From: Octopus sinensis
Taxonomy: Eukaryota
Length of the DNA: 63,327 nucleotides
NCBI RefSeq assembly: GCF_006345805.1
Contig: NW_021832013.1
Location: 1 to 63,327 of the forward strand
Direction: 5' to 3'
Position numbers and translations under genes: made by a program. Under the pieces are notes generated by a model. That model was not told where the DNA came from. It did no database searches and was given only the letters and a program-made list of their open reading frames with translations. Numbering within the stretch: position 1 is the first letter of the stretch; the number at the start of each line of letters is the position of its first letter. Positions 27,108 through 40,171 of this stretch are shown here, piece after piece.

Positions 27108-27190
27108 ATGGCAGGAGCGGCGGTGTGGTAAGAAGCTTGCTTTCCAACCACATCGTCCTGGGTTCAGTCGCACTGTGTGGCACCTTCGGG
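27108..27190 (+). mobile_element. 5' head of a family B SINE, truncated at the Penelope rearrangement
   Basis: gtgtggtaagaagcttgctttccaaccacatcgtcctgggttcagtcgcactgtgtggcaccttcggg, after which homology stops abruptly. Confidence 0.75.
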
Positions 27191-27216
27191 GATATTTAGC
27201 GGAAGCAACAGAGCGA

Positions 27217-27462
27217 CACAACGGAATGGTTTCTCCTTTCCTTCCCTAAGCAGATCGGATTTGAAATCAGAATGTGGAGAGGCAAAAATATAGCGAAAAG
27301 CATTTCTGCCGACGCGCCGCCAACAATTCGGCCATTCGGCCACCAGCAGAGCAATGTGAAATGAAGTGTTTTTCACAACGTTCCGTCCGGTCTGGGTATC
27401 GAACCTAAGATCTAGCGATCTTGAGTGCAACACTCTAACCACAAGGCCTAGTGATTAAACGC

Positions 27463-27545
<83 letters not shown>

Positions 27546-27930
27546 TGTGTGTGTATGCGATTGCGCGAGCGCGATATTCAGTAGATTTAAACATTTATTC
27601 GAAGAGAAATCTCAGTATTATAGAACCTATAATTTAAAAATAACATTTGGTTGGAAAGCCTTGTGACGTTTTTGACATGCTCACTTTGTGACAACTGCTT
27701 CAATATGGTGAAATAAGTATGACATTTTACATTGTAATATTCTTCTCTTCTTCGCTGATTACTTTATATCATTGTGTATCGATGTTTGCCCTTTTAAAAC
27801 TAGTTTAGATGAGAAGCATACCAGTTACCGCATGCTGAGCGAATTCAAAAGCAGCTCCCCAGCCATGAAAGCCGTAAGAAATGTTCGTTCCGTCGTATTG
27901 AATTTCGTAATTTAAATTCTAACTCACCAA
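27217..27930 (-). repeat. Left arm of a long inverted duplication (partner 30203-30827)
   Basis: Reverse complement of 30203-30827: ~360-bp unique block nearly identical, a (GT)n/(AC)n tract of different length, a SINE head and ~60 bp of Penelope coding sequence. Confidence 0.92.
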
Positions 27931-28850
27931 ATGTTGGTACTTTAGATCCAGCAACTATTGGTCTCAGTTTGAGGTTAGTAGGTCTTAGTAATTTTATGTC
28001 TTGGTTTTTCTGTTTTTTTTTAATGCTCTCTTTATTTCGCGGTTTTTGTGGATTTGGGGTAATCTGTTGAAATTGCTCTCTTTGATAACAGAGTTGCATA
28101 AATAATATTTTTCTTTGTCTGTGAAGGAATCTTGGTATTGATTAACTAGTGCTTTTATTTTATTCATTATTGCTTTCTCCAGGTGCCTTGGTTCTACCTT
28201 GTAATAGGTTTGGTCTGTTAGAATTTCCAATATTTTATCTATATGGTAGTCTTTGTCCATGATTACTATCGCCTTTCCCTTATCGGCTTATTTTAGGATG
28301 ATTGAATTGTCCTTCTTCAGTGTCAGTAAGGCTTCAAAACCTTCACGAAGGTTTTTTTTTTATTTTTGCCTTTACAGTTACTAAGGGGAAATTTCGAAAT
28401 TGTGTCAGTATATGCGTCTAAATGTTTGTCATTCCCCTTGTAGGAGGTGAAGTGGGATTTATTTCTGACAATTGATTCGCCATTTATATCCTTATTGCCG
28501 AAGAATTCTATAAGCCGGTGGTGATGGTTAAAATGCTCAAAATCAGCTTTTAGTTCAATGAGATTAGGGATGGGTGTCGGGGTAAATTTGAAACCATGCA
28601 ATAGGAGATTCATCTCATTCTTGTTGAGGTTTCTAATTGACAAATTTATGATCTTCGGGTCTATATGTTCTGTGTGTTCATTAAAATTTTCTGTTGCGTC
28701 GGGCGCAATTGTGATATTTTTTTTCCCTAAAAAAGGAATTGTATTATTGTGCTTCCATTTTTTGTGGTTTCCGGAGTTCTGGTTCCCTCGAAGGTGAGGG
28801 GATGTTTCATGTTCTTTACATGTATCTCGTTGTCTATAGGTTCTGTTTTC
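27931..28850 (-). pseudogene. Penelope-like element, N-terminal half of the RT ORF
   Basis: PKIINLS...LLHGFKFTPTP, KGKAIVIMDKDYH, FNRLPQIHK and LKLRPIVAGSKVPT across ORFs 28323-28916, 27994-28260 and 27845-28099. Confidence 0.88.
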
Positions 28851-29761
28851 TTCCCCTCTTCTATTTTTACTCTTTATTGTATATACATATCTACATGCAT
28901 AAATGCATACATACATATTTACTTATATATATATATATGCATACACACACACACACACACACAGACACACACACATACACACACACATACACACATACAT
29001 ACACACACACACATACACACACATACACACACATATATAACGTGCGTTTTATTGTTGAACAAATCAGTTACACATGTAAGAACTGTTTTCTTCCGGTAAA
29101 TTGAAAAATGAAATTTAACATTTAGGATTTTTCACACAAATAGTACAGGATGCATATTGACACTCTCATCTTGGTGCCGGTCGAGGGAGTGTAAAGGTAA
29201 ATGCTTATTCGATATTTAGTATAAATGGCAATAACCCTTCCAACGGATAAAGAGGAACGAAAGAAAAATAATCTCACATCCAAGCCATAGGAGCAAATAA
29301 AATGTACAAAACATATAACATAGGCTAATTGATTTCTTCATAGATAAAAAAAAAACCACGTTGGATACAGCTGTAACACACTTCAACCCATTTTTGTTAT
29401 TATTTATATTACACTTCACTCGGAACCTTCTTTGCATTGGATCTTGAGCCCACAGTGGACCGTGGACGGCATGCTGGAGTATACTCTCGTGGGATTTTAC
29501 GTATACGTTGTGTTTGATCGATACTTGTAGATGTATTCGTAACTGGAATCTGTATGTGCTTTGGTAAGGACGTGGATGTCGTTGCACGCTCCTAAAACAC
29601 AGGTATGCTGTCCAGGACACTACCTTGCTACCTTTCTTATCAAAATACCGCGATTCTATTCTGCCTAAAAATAATTACGAACAAACACACATACACACAC
29701 CTATATGTATCTATATTACAGACAATAAATTTTGAAGGAATAAGATGAAAACATGTTGACG

Positions 29762-29822
29762 GCAAACGGCTACGGGACTCGAACTCACATTACTCTGATA
29801 CCGGCCGAGTACTCTACCATTA
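29762..29822 (-). mobile_element. Isolated tRNA-like SINE head
   Basis: Minus strand aatggtagagtac (A-box-like) and gagttcgagtccc (B box); similar ends to the heads at 55441-55700. Confidence 0.5.
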
Positions 29823-30202
29823 AAGGTGTACTCTGATATTCAACACACAATTAATGTGTCCCCTCATGTTTTTTTACGCAGTAGAAAAGATTTTAATATC
29901 TGACTACTATGGCTTTCTAGGAAATCCAACGACCACATACAATGTCTGGAAGGGCTGTGCTGTTGATTGATTCGGAGGAGAGAATAGGATTTTGAATTTA
30001 ATTACTATTGAAATTATTCCTTTATGTCAGTTGAAAAGAATAACACAAATACAGCCAGGATTAAATGGTTCTATTAACTTTTCTTGTTTTCTCATTTGGA
30101 ATATCCTTCAAGATTTATTACAGCATATAGAAAAATGCGAGAAAAATTATTTTTCTTGTTTCTGAAAATGTAAGGATGTGAAACAAATTGATAACCTCCT
30201 AC

Positions 30203-30827
30203 TTGGTGAGTTAGTATTTAAATTACGAAACTCCATAAAATAAGACGGAACGAAATTTCTTACGGCTTTCATGGCTGGGGAGCTGCTTTTGAATTCGCTC
30301 AGCATGCGGTAACTGGTATGCTTCTCATCTAAACTAGTTTTAAAAGGGCAAACATCGATACACAATGATATAAAGTAATCAGCGAAGAAGAGAAGAATAT
30401 TACAATGTAAAATGTCATACTTATTTCACCATATTGAAGCAGTTGTCACAAAGTGAGCATGTCAAAAACGTCACAAGGCTTTCCAACCAAATGTTATTTT
30501 TAAATTATAAGTTCTATAATACTGAGATTTCTCTTCGAATAAATGTTTAAATCAACTGAATATCGCGCGTGCGCACACACACATACACAAAGTCGCTTGG
30601 CCTAGTGGTTAGAGAGTTGCACTCAAGATCACTGGATCATAGGTTCAATACCCAGACCGGGCGGAACGTTGTGCAAAACACTTCATTTCACATTGCTCTG
30701 CTGGTGGCAGAACGGCCGAATTGTTGGCGGCACGTCGGTAGAAATGCGCTTCGCTTTACTTTTTGCCTCTCCACATTCTGATTCCCACTCCTCCGACCTG
30801 CCTAGAGAGAAAACGAGAAAGCATTCC
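30203..30827 (+). repeat. Right arm of the long inverted duplication, including a family C-type SINE head at 30593-30700
   Basis: See 27217-27930; SINE head ggcctagtggttagagag...ggttcaatacccagaccgggcg. Confidence 0.92.
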
Positions 30828-32210
30828 AGTATTTTTGTCAGGTCTAGAATTCCTCCAGCACATTCCGCCTACTGTTCCAGAAGGTACTATGCTTATAAGC
30901 TTTGTTGTCACCAGTCTTTATACGAATACACCTCACACTTTGGGTCTGGAAATAGTCAAACACTGAGTAGAGAAACATACAGGACTTATAAATGAACCCT
31001 TCAAAACTGATTTCATCACCAAAGCCACACGCCTGGTACTGGAAGAAAACACCTTCAGATTCGATAAGAAAACATAAGGACGAACAAAGGGCGCGCTTAT
31101 GGGGACACGGTTTTCACTCTCATATTCTAACCTAGTCATATGTGACTTGGAAGAAAAGCTTTATGAGGAAGTAAAGAGAACCTTTAATCAGTATTACAAA
31201 AAATACATTATTAAAAAGTGGAAACGCTTCCTCGATAGCTACTTCATCTTTTGGTACAAATCGAATGAGGCCCTACAAACATTTAATAATATACTCACCA
31301 CACTTCATCCACCCATCAAATTCATGACAGAATCCAGTTGCAATGAATTGCCATTCCTGGATATCCACATAAAAATACAAAACGCCACAATCACAAGAGA
31401 GATATTTTACGAAAAAAAAAAAGAGAAACGAACACACACCAATACTTGAATTTCTACTCTTGCCATCCCTCACACATCTAAAGGAACATCCCATACAGCA
31501 TGGCAAGAGGCATCTGCAATATAGTGATTGACCCCCAAATTCGTCAAATCCGACTCAACGAGCTCAAAGAATTCCTAACAAAACAGAAATACCCCTTAGG
31601 ATTAATAAACGAGGAAATTAAAAAGGCAATGAAGCTGAACATTGAACAACTAAGAACACAAAAGGAAAAAATTAATGAACACACAATGAAAAAATCTGAT
31701 TGACAAAAGCCCCATACGAAACAATGGGCGTCAGCCAGAAAGTCTCAGAAAACACCTCACAAGAGCAAAATTCACACCAGAGAATGAAACAGAATTCTCC
31801 GTAACAGAATATGGAGATAGCAAATGTGAAACATGCAACAACAACACTAACTTTAAATACTTAGAAAGTAGTTCCCACATAAAATTCAAGAGCGGATTCT
31901 CGTTGAAAGTAAATACAGATATGAACTGCAAGATGCAGAATCACATATACTGTATTACTTGCCTCAACCACAAAGAAAATTACATCGGCGAAACAAACAA
32001 TTCTCTCTGCCAACGTGCAAGAATCCATCGACAACACATCCGACAAGAGGAATTGCGCAAGATTCCACTGAGCAAGCATCTAGAAATATGCGGTTAAGAG
32101 GAATTCAAAATCTTTCCCTTTTACAAATGTTCAAGTGATGATCCAACATTCCGAGAAGCAATAGAGCTATACTTCATAAAAAAATTCACTTCAAAATTAA
32201 ATGAAATGTT
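30764..32210 (+). pseudogene. Penelope-like element, C-terminal half (RT core + GIY-YIG endonuclease)
   Basis: LSTF...LLRP, LEFLQHIP, SFVVTSLYTNTPH, GALMGTRFSLSYSNL, KRFLDSYF (decayed YxDD), ELPFLDI, HIYCITC...NYIGETNNSL..R, EAIELYFIKKF..KLN; several stops and frameshifts. Confidence 0.92.
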
Positions 32211-32275
32211 TGAAAGAGAAGCAAAGGAACTACATTTTTATCATTAATCTTTAATATTAATAATGATCAACGAAG

Positions 32276-32358
<83 letters not shown>

Positions 32359-32375
32359 CAGATAGATAGACAGAC

Positions 32376-32460
<85 letters not shown>

Positions 32461-32462
32461 TA
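32276..32462. repeat. (GATA)n microsatellite
   Basis: Directly visible, with a few GACA variants. Confidence 0.97.
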
Positions 32463-33059
32463 TCTACCGGTGCTAGGGTTATCCTATAACTTAGTGGTTT
32501 GGAAAGAGGACCAACAGGGACAAACAGAAGAAGAATAAGGATTAATAGAAGTAATTTCTGAGTTCGTTTTACCGAATAAAAGCATTTAAATTTGGTACCT
32601 CAACTTGGCTGTTAGTTTTTAGGATCTCAGATATCTTAATACTCATAATTTTACTAATGCAAAATACTCAACATTTTGCTGACATGGAAAAGCCAATTAC
32701 TCTGATAGATAGAAAAGCAAGAGACACTTCCGTATGCACCAGTATTGTCATGTCGCTTCTACAATACGACAGCTAACTTCGGATATATTTACAACTTCGT
32801 TCAGTTGCCTTCAGAACGTCAACAAACACGCCATTTTAATCGATTAGAACAATGGCCTCTTTTTACGATTATCTATGTTTAATTGTTTAAACTGGACAAC
32901 AAACATTAAGACAAGGAAAACTTCTCAAGTCGTATACAATATTATCATTAGGGAAAAAAAATTCAAAGTCTTACAGTTGTTTCTGGGATATCCCTGAATA
33001 TGTAATATTCCGTTATCAGCGAAATTGATTAGATCACCTGTGAACTAATCCCCCATAAC

Positions 33060-33063
<4 letters not shown>

Positions 33064-33101
<38 letters not shown>

Positions 33102-33111
33102 AGAGAGAGAG

Positions 33112-33180
<69 letters not shown>

Positions 33181-33266
33181 TATGACGCCTGCTTGGTTCA
33201 GCTGCTATACATTGATATGGGGCAAATACCCTGAAATTAGTCTCTCTCTCTTTCTCTTTCCCCCCG

Positions 33267-33349
<83 letters not shown>

Positions 33350-33367
33350 GTGCATAAATGTATATAC

Positions 33368-33401
<34 letters not shown>

Positions 33402-33565
33402 ATGTATGAATTTGTAAACATGTATACAGATGTAAGCATATATTTGTACTGTACACACACATATACAGACAGACACACACAGATATAAATACATTCATGT
33501 AAATATGTATATATGCGTGTGTGTCTGAACATGTTAAACCTGTATGTGCACCTGCATATATATAT

Positions 33566-33597
<32 letters not shown>

Positions 33598-33610
33598 GGG
33601 AGAGAGAGAG

Positions 33611-33679
<69 letters not shown>

Positions 33680-33765
33680 TATGACGCCTGCTTGGTTCAG
33701 CTGCTATACATTGATATGGGGCAAATACCCTGAAATTAGTCTCTCTCTCTTTCTCTTTCCCCCCG

Positions 33766-33852
<87 letters not shown>

Positions 33853-33867
33853 CATAAATGTATATAC

Positions 33868-33907
<40 letters not shown>

Positions 33908-34054
33908 ATGAATTTGTAAACATGTATACAGATGTAAGCATATATTTGTACTGTACACACACATATACAGACAGACACACACAGATATAAATACATTCAT
34001 GTAAATATGTATATATGCGTGTGTGTCTGAACATGTTAAACCTGTATGTGCACC

Positions 34055-34080
<26 letters not shown>
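33064..34080. repeat. Direct tandem duplication of a ~500-bp microsatellite-rich unit
   Basis: Unique spacers (gacgcctgcttggttcagctgc..., gtaaacatgtatacagatgtaagc..., cctgtatgtgcacctgc) recur essentially identically ~500 bp apart; only tract lengths differ. Confidence 0.9.
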
Positions 34081-34092
<12 letters not shown>

Positions 34093-34181
34093 TGTGTGTG
34101 TGTGCGTGTGTGTGTGTGTGTGTGTGTTCGTGTGCGTGTATGTTTGTGTGTGCGTGTGTACGTACATATGTGTTTGTATAC

Positions 34182-34219
<38 letters not shown>

Positions 34220-34799
34220 ATGTATATGTATGTCCAAAGACATGAAGCTCCTTTTTGGGGCCTGTCAATGCACACACCCTTTTTCAGATTTTCTTTTAGT
34301 AACACAGAAACATCAAGATAAATAAAATTCGCCGCCAGGTTCACAGGAGTTTTATTCACGCATAACAGTTGCTGCCACACAAGCTCTCCTTGCTGTATAT
34401 AGATATATATTATTGTGATTTTGGTGTCAAATAGATTTCTGAACCTTCTTTGATTCCAGTCGTTGAAAGGGTTTTAATGATCTTTCGCAGTTCTGTAATC
34501 AAAAACTATAATCAAAGAGATCAAGGTAGATTTCTGTTTTTGTATTTCTGGTTTGCTTTTTTGTTTTGTTTTGTATGAAAGCTTTTTTGACGTATGTTGT
34601 AGCTATTTCCTAGTTCTGATACTTAACCTCACTATTTAAACACTGGGTATAGTAGAAATGTTGTAACACCGTTGTTTACTATTTCGCAATAAGCCCCTAT
34701 GTATCACTCTATGTCCTGCGTTCAAATTTTGCTATGGGTGGTTATTTCGCTTTCTTCTCCCCGGGACAGTAAATTAGCTTCCGTATTGAACTGTCATAT

Positions 34800-35330
34800 G
34801 TGAACTTCCCAGTTTGTATATCCAGCGATGGCTAACTCCCAATGAAAAAGGAGCACTCATCCCGAAACCAGGACAATACTTGAAAAGTATTTATGCTCTG
34901 TTCTTGATGGAATATTAAATATGTAGACTACCATAAAGTGTTAGACCAAAATGAAACTGAATGCGGAGAAATACTGTCCTGAAAAGGAAGAATTTCATAA
35001 AAATTTGCCCACACAAATATCTTTGGTTGGTCACGCATTACGCGATTACGTGAGGACTCACATATTGCTTAAGTGAGTCAAGAATTATGGTATTAAATAC
35101 AGAACTTTTGCCTTTTGGTCCTTACTCTCCTGATATTGGTCCATGTGTTTATCTTCTTTTCAGATCATTGCAACATTATTTTGAGGGAAACTGCTTATTA
35201 ATTGTAAAGAATTAAAAAAGGATATTGAATGTTTCTTTGCTTCAAAAACGATCGGTTTTACGCCTGAGGGATCAACAATTTGCCAAATAGAAGGGATTAA
35301 GTTACCAATAATGAGGGCTATAAATTAGTT
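34800..35330 (+). mobile_element. Mariner (DD34D) transposase remnant
   Basis: WLTPNEK...PKPG, then LPFGPYSPDIGPCVYLLFRSLQHYF (mariner YSPDLAPSDYHLFRSLQH pattern); heavily decayed, no TIRs recognised. Confidence 0.7.
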
Positions 35331-36450
35331 CCGGTATCGATCTCTCATAACCTCTGATCTATATAAATCAATTCTAATTCTTCACAAGAAATATTTGACA
35401 GATGTTTCCGCTTAGCAGATACAAATATTTGACATTTATTGAATAAGCAGCGATAAGTAGAAGATTAATTATAGTTAATACTGTTCATGTCAAGTGCACG
35501 AACACGTACAAACACGCAAACAGACACATATGCAATAATATGACATAAATCTTAACTTCAGGTTACCCTTTTAACGCTAATCTACGAATAAAAACGAACT
35601 TTTTACTGATGAGGTCAGATATCCCTGAGAGTATTGTCAAATGATTTATAAAACTCGATTTTTTCTGGGATTTCTTTTTCAGACTAACGGCTTATTCACG
35701 CAGTCTCAGTTTATAAGATATTAGTTGAAACTTGGAGTCGCAGTCAGTACGGATTTCACTACACACGAACACACACACACGAACACACACACACACACAC
35801 ACATAGCAGGCATGTATTGTGCACACAAATGCTTCCACACAACTGGGCACATACGTAACATGTATATGCATATGCGCGAAACTCGTAACCCTTGAGTCTC
35901 TCTGTAACTTCTGCTGAATATTAATATAGATGTATCTGCTATATATAATATGAAACACATATGTATATGTGTGTATGTGTTTATGTATATACAATGACAT
36001 AATATACACACGCACACACACGCACATACGTACACATACACACACGCAAGCACACTCACACAAGCACACATACGTCAATGTATGTATACCTAAGTGCATG
36101 CAGATGAAACAAGATAATACCAATCAGTTTTCTCATACACTCTCTACACGCTTACGCACAAGCTCACATACACATATTTAGATAGCCACGAACACATGCA
36201 AACACACACACACACATGCACACACTCATACACACGCACATACACATGAAATCAAACGCACACAAGCACACCCACGCTCATAGAAACGCTCACGTATCTG
36301 CTGCTGAAATACGTTATAAATATGTCATCGTGTTTCTCTCCGGAGTGACTCGAATAATCTCTAGAAAGTTAGTTAACCAAATAGAATTAGAATGACAGTT
36401 CTTCATAACCAGTCAACACACACAAGCGCGCACACACCAATATATACGTG

Positions 36451-36482
<32 letters not shown>

Positions 36483-36667
36483 TATAAATATATATACACA
36501 CACACATATATATATATGTGTGTGTGTATGCGTCATATATATATATATGTGTGTACACACACACACATATATGTATATATGTACGTATGTATGTGTGTAA
36601 AGACGGCCACTTCTTTTTTTATTGTATCTTGGAGTTTCTGTTTTACTCTTTGTCTGTCTTACTATGT

Positions 36668-36713
<46 letters not shown>

Positions 36714-37084
36714 CACTCCCTCACTTCTCTGTCGTTAATTACTCTTCCTCTGTTACCGTTTCCTCCTCTCTATTCGTTTTCTCCCCCCTCTCTCTCTTTC
36801 TCTTTCCGTTTCTTTTTCTTCGCTCTCTTCCTCGCTTCCTTTACTCTGCTCCGTTTTGTTTTTATTTTTTTGCTTATTTTTCTGTCTTATATTCATTTAA
36901 CTTTATGTGTATTTAATTGGTATTTTGCTGAAAATAATTATATTTTCAAGATGAGAACCATTTGATAATTGAATAGAAAATTTAATAAAAAATACAGATA
37001 GATACAAGTACCTCGTTTTATTTTATTCTAATAACTGTTGCTTTCACAAGCCACTCTTTCTACAACGAAATTATCTTCCTCTAG

Positions 37085-37955
37085 AAAGCTACTCTTGATG
37101 TAAGAAGATACTATTGCCGAAAAAGATGCTAGTTCTATAACCAGATATTTCTCTAACCAAATACTATTACTGTAACAAAAACGTTTTGCCATAGCAACTT
37201 AGTGCTGTAACAAGATAATATTCCTGCATGTGGATACTATTGATGTTGTTAGCTACTATTGTTGTATCAAAGTACTATTTTTTATTAGAAGCTTCTTATT
37301 TCTTTATTGCCCACAAGGGGCTAAACATAGAGGAGATAAATAAGGACAGACAAAGGGATTAAGTCGATCAGATCGACCTTAGTGCGCAACTGGTACTTAA
37401 TTTATCGACTCCGAAAGGATGAATGGCAAAGTCGACCTTGGCGGAATTTGAACTCAGAACGTAGCGGCAAACGAAATACCGCTAAGCATTTCGCGTGTCA
37501 TGCTAACGTTTCTGCCAGCTTGCCGTTGTTAGATCCTTCTGTTACTGTTATGTGTTTCTATCATATTAAAGCAGGTTCTCATACTAGAGAGATCCAATGA
37601 TGCTTTGAAAACGATGTTATTGCTGTAACATAACGGTGTCACAGTAACAAAGTAACATCGATGTAACAAGACACTTCACTTAGTGCAACAAACTACGATC
37701 GTTGTAACAAGATATTATCGCGATGGCAATGTGACGCTGTTTTAAGAAATTACTGTTGCAGTAAGGACAAAATATTGCTTAATACAACACTATTACTGTG
37801 ACAAGATACTGTTGTAGCATATTACTATTAGTATCACGTGATACTGATTTGGTTCGCATAAAGCTACTATTTTTGATCAATAAGAAACTCTTTCTCTAAG
37901 AAGATACTATGGCGGTAACAAACTACTACTTTTGTAACACAATGCTATTGTGATT
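37085..37955. repeat. Degenerate ~20-bp minisatellite (consensus near gatactattgttgtaacaa), interrupted by a SINE
   Basis: Recurrent tactatt and tgtaacaa(ga) motifs at ~20-bp spacing on both sides of 37300-37525. Confidence 0.55.
37300..37525 (-). mobile_element. Family A SINE with alternative 3' tail
   Basis: CORE-like block and head as in 19786-20000, but tail gcccacaaggggctaaac...gacagacaaagggattaag, shared with 44470-44703. Confidence 0.88.
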
Positions 37956-39215
37956 TAAAAGAATAACTAACTCTGAGCCAGGTCGACCGTATGTATCCCC
38001 GGTTCTGTTGATGGATGATTGCGTTGTACTGTTGTTGTTTTTTATCGGAGGTGACACTTAATGGTAAATTATCAGAACCGTGTGGCACCATGCACTTGTT
38101 GCATCATGTTTGCTCCTCACATGGCTTCTGTATATTTTTGTACTTTGAAACTTTGCTAGAGATACTGGAGGTATTGTGTGGCATAGCGCTTGAGCTGAGA
38201 CGTAAAATGAACGGATGAATGTATCGGCATGTCCGCATTACGTGAGTAACATGAGCCCAGATAAAATTCTTAGAAATCTTTCCTCTACCTTAATCAGCGT
38301 TCTATTGCATTCACTTTATTTTATTAAACGAAACCTGTGCTCTTAAAAGTAACCTGCACTACTAAACGAAACGTGCTCTTAAAAAAAACTTTGCCCGTTA
38401 AACGGATGAGTCAAAACAAAATATGTTCTGTCAAGCGAAACCTGCTCTATAAAACGAAACCTGCTCTATTAAATATTTGGCATATAAAACCGTACTCATT
38501 TCCTGAATTGTAACGGACTACTAATTATCTTCGCTGCCAATTAGCTTGTGCTTATGGTGGCATTAGCCAGATTTTTGTTGTTTATAAGAATAACGTTTAC
38601 AAAAAAAAAATAGACAAACAAGCAATCTCCAGCAATCCAACGTTTCTCTACATAATATTCTGCACTTAAAGCAATATATCAAACTTCAGGTATATTGCCA
38701 ATTATTTAAATGTTTCATTAAGATAAATACCTCTCTCTCTCTCTTTCTCTCCCTCTCTCTCTCTTTCTCTCCCTCTACCCGCTCTCTCTCTCTCTCTTTC
38801 TCTCCCTCCACCCTATATCTCTCTCTCTCACTGCATGTATCTTTTTGTTATCTCTCAGTAGCTTTCTGTCGTTTTCTCTTCGTCTTTCACTATTTCTCCT
38901 TACTTTCGATTCATTTATTAGTATTTCTTTTGTACTTCTTTAAACAAGCAACAATATTAACGTTTCTGATATTTCATGTTCAATAGAAAATTCTTAAACA
39001 TAATCTTAAACAAACACTGTCATGAAATTCCTCCTGATTAATAGGAAATTTAAATTCCTTCATCTCTCGAGAGAACCAACATGAGACATACATTATCTTT
39101 TCTTTCGTTACTTTAATTATTTTTCTGTTTTGTATTATGTGACTGTTACAATTTAATACTCTTTCACATCACACTGGAACGCAACACGCCTATACACATA
39201 CATATATACCCACTG

Positions 39216-39345
<130 letters not shown>

Positions 39346-39453
39346 CGGAGTAAACACATAAATGTGAAACAAGGTGGAAAAAAGAGTACTCAAATACTAG
39401 TGGTAGAGTAATATGCTTTATTTAAATTAAAGCAGCAGAAAATTCAACAAAAC

Positions 39454-39491
39454 CTGTTACTCTGAGTTTCACGTTCCCGTTCGTCGGACAG
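39454..39491 (-). ncRNA. Mirror copy of the same hammerhead motif
   Basis: Exact reverse complement of 39517-39554. Confidence 0.75.
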
Positions 39492-39516
39492 TTTTTGCTA
39501 GAATTTCTAGCAAAAA

Positions 39517-39554
39517 CTGTCCGACGAACGGGAACGTGAAACTCAGAGTAACAG
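39517..39554 (+). ncRNA. Minimal type I hammerhead ribozyme motif, U4C core variant
   Basis: ctgt-CCGACGA-acg(ggaa)cgt-GAAA-ctc(a)gag-TA-acag: stem I ctgt/acag, stem II with GNRA loop, palindromic stem III, GUA cleavage triplet. Activity untested. Confidence 0.75.
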
Positions 39555-39587
39555 GTTTTGTTGAATTTTTCTACTGCTTTAAATAAA

Positions 39588-39644
<57 letters not shown>

Positions 39645-39659
39645 ATTGTATGTATATAT

Positions 39660-39880
39660 ATATTCTGTTATTCTTTCATTCTTTTATGGAGTTCAGTCAT
39701 TTGACTGCGGCCATGCTAGAGCACTGCCTTTAGTCGAACAAATCGACCCTAGGACTTATTCTTTGCAAGCCTAATACTTATTCTATCCGTCTCTTTTGAC
39801 GAACCACTAATGTTGCAGGGACGTAAACATACCAACATCGGTTGTGAAGCGATGGGAGGGGGACAAATACAAATACACAC
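39660..39880 (-). mobile_element. Family B SINE, 3' half
   Basis: ttcagtcatttgactgcggccatgctagagcactgcc...gaaccactaatgttgcagggacgtaaac matches 48470-48640. Confidence 0.85.
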
Positions 39881-40014
39881 ACACATATATATATATGCAT
39901 ATATATATGCATATATATATATGCATATATATATGCATATATATATGCATATATATATATGCATGTTTGGGTGAGTATTAAAGTAGCAAACACAAACACG
40001 CAGAACATATATAT

Positions 40015-40087
<73 letters not shown>

Positions 40088-40094
40088 CATATAA

Positions 40095-40171
<77 letters not shown>

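Larger units (their letters stand above)
39413..39593. repeat. Near-perfect fold-back palindrome (~85-90-bp arms, 1-nt centre at 39504)
   Basis: 39428-39503 is the reverse complement of 39505-39581 with about 2 differences; centre gctagaa-t-ttctagc. Confidence 0.95.

Noticed and set aside
27824-27846. Hammerhead-like tagatgag-aagcat...atgct-gagcgaat in the duplicated block
   Set aside because: Neither CUGANGA nor GAAA is intact and no stem III/I can be assigned.
29216-29620. 134-aa minus-strand ORF and a possible acceptor site
   Set aside because: No recognisable protein similarity in any frame; cannot be supported as an exon without RNA data.
35605-35645. ctgatgag-gtcagatatccctga hammerhead-like start
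   Set aside because: No GAAA follows stem II; at most a deleted relic.
38015-38250. Relatively GC-rich stretch ending in gtgagt (possible exon)
   Set aside because: All three plus frames stop before the putative donor and nothing recognisable is encoded.
37085-38470. CRISPR-like array
   Set aside because: Eukaryotic context, degenerate repeats with no unique fixed-length spacers, and no cas genes.
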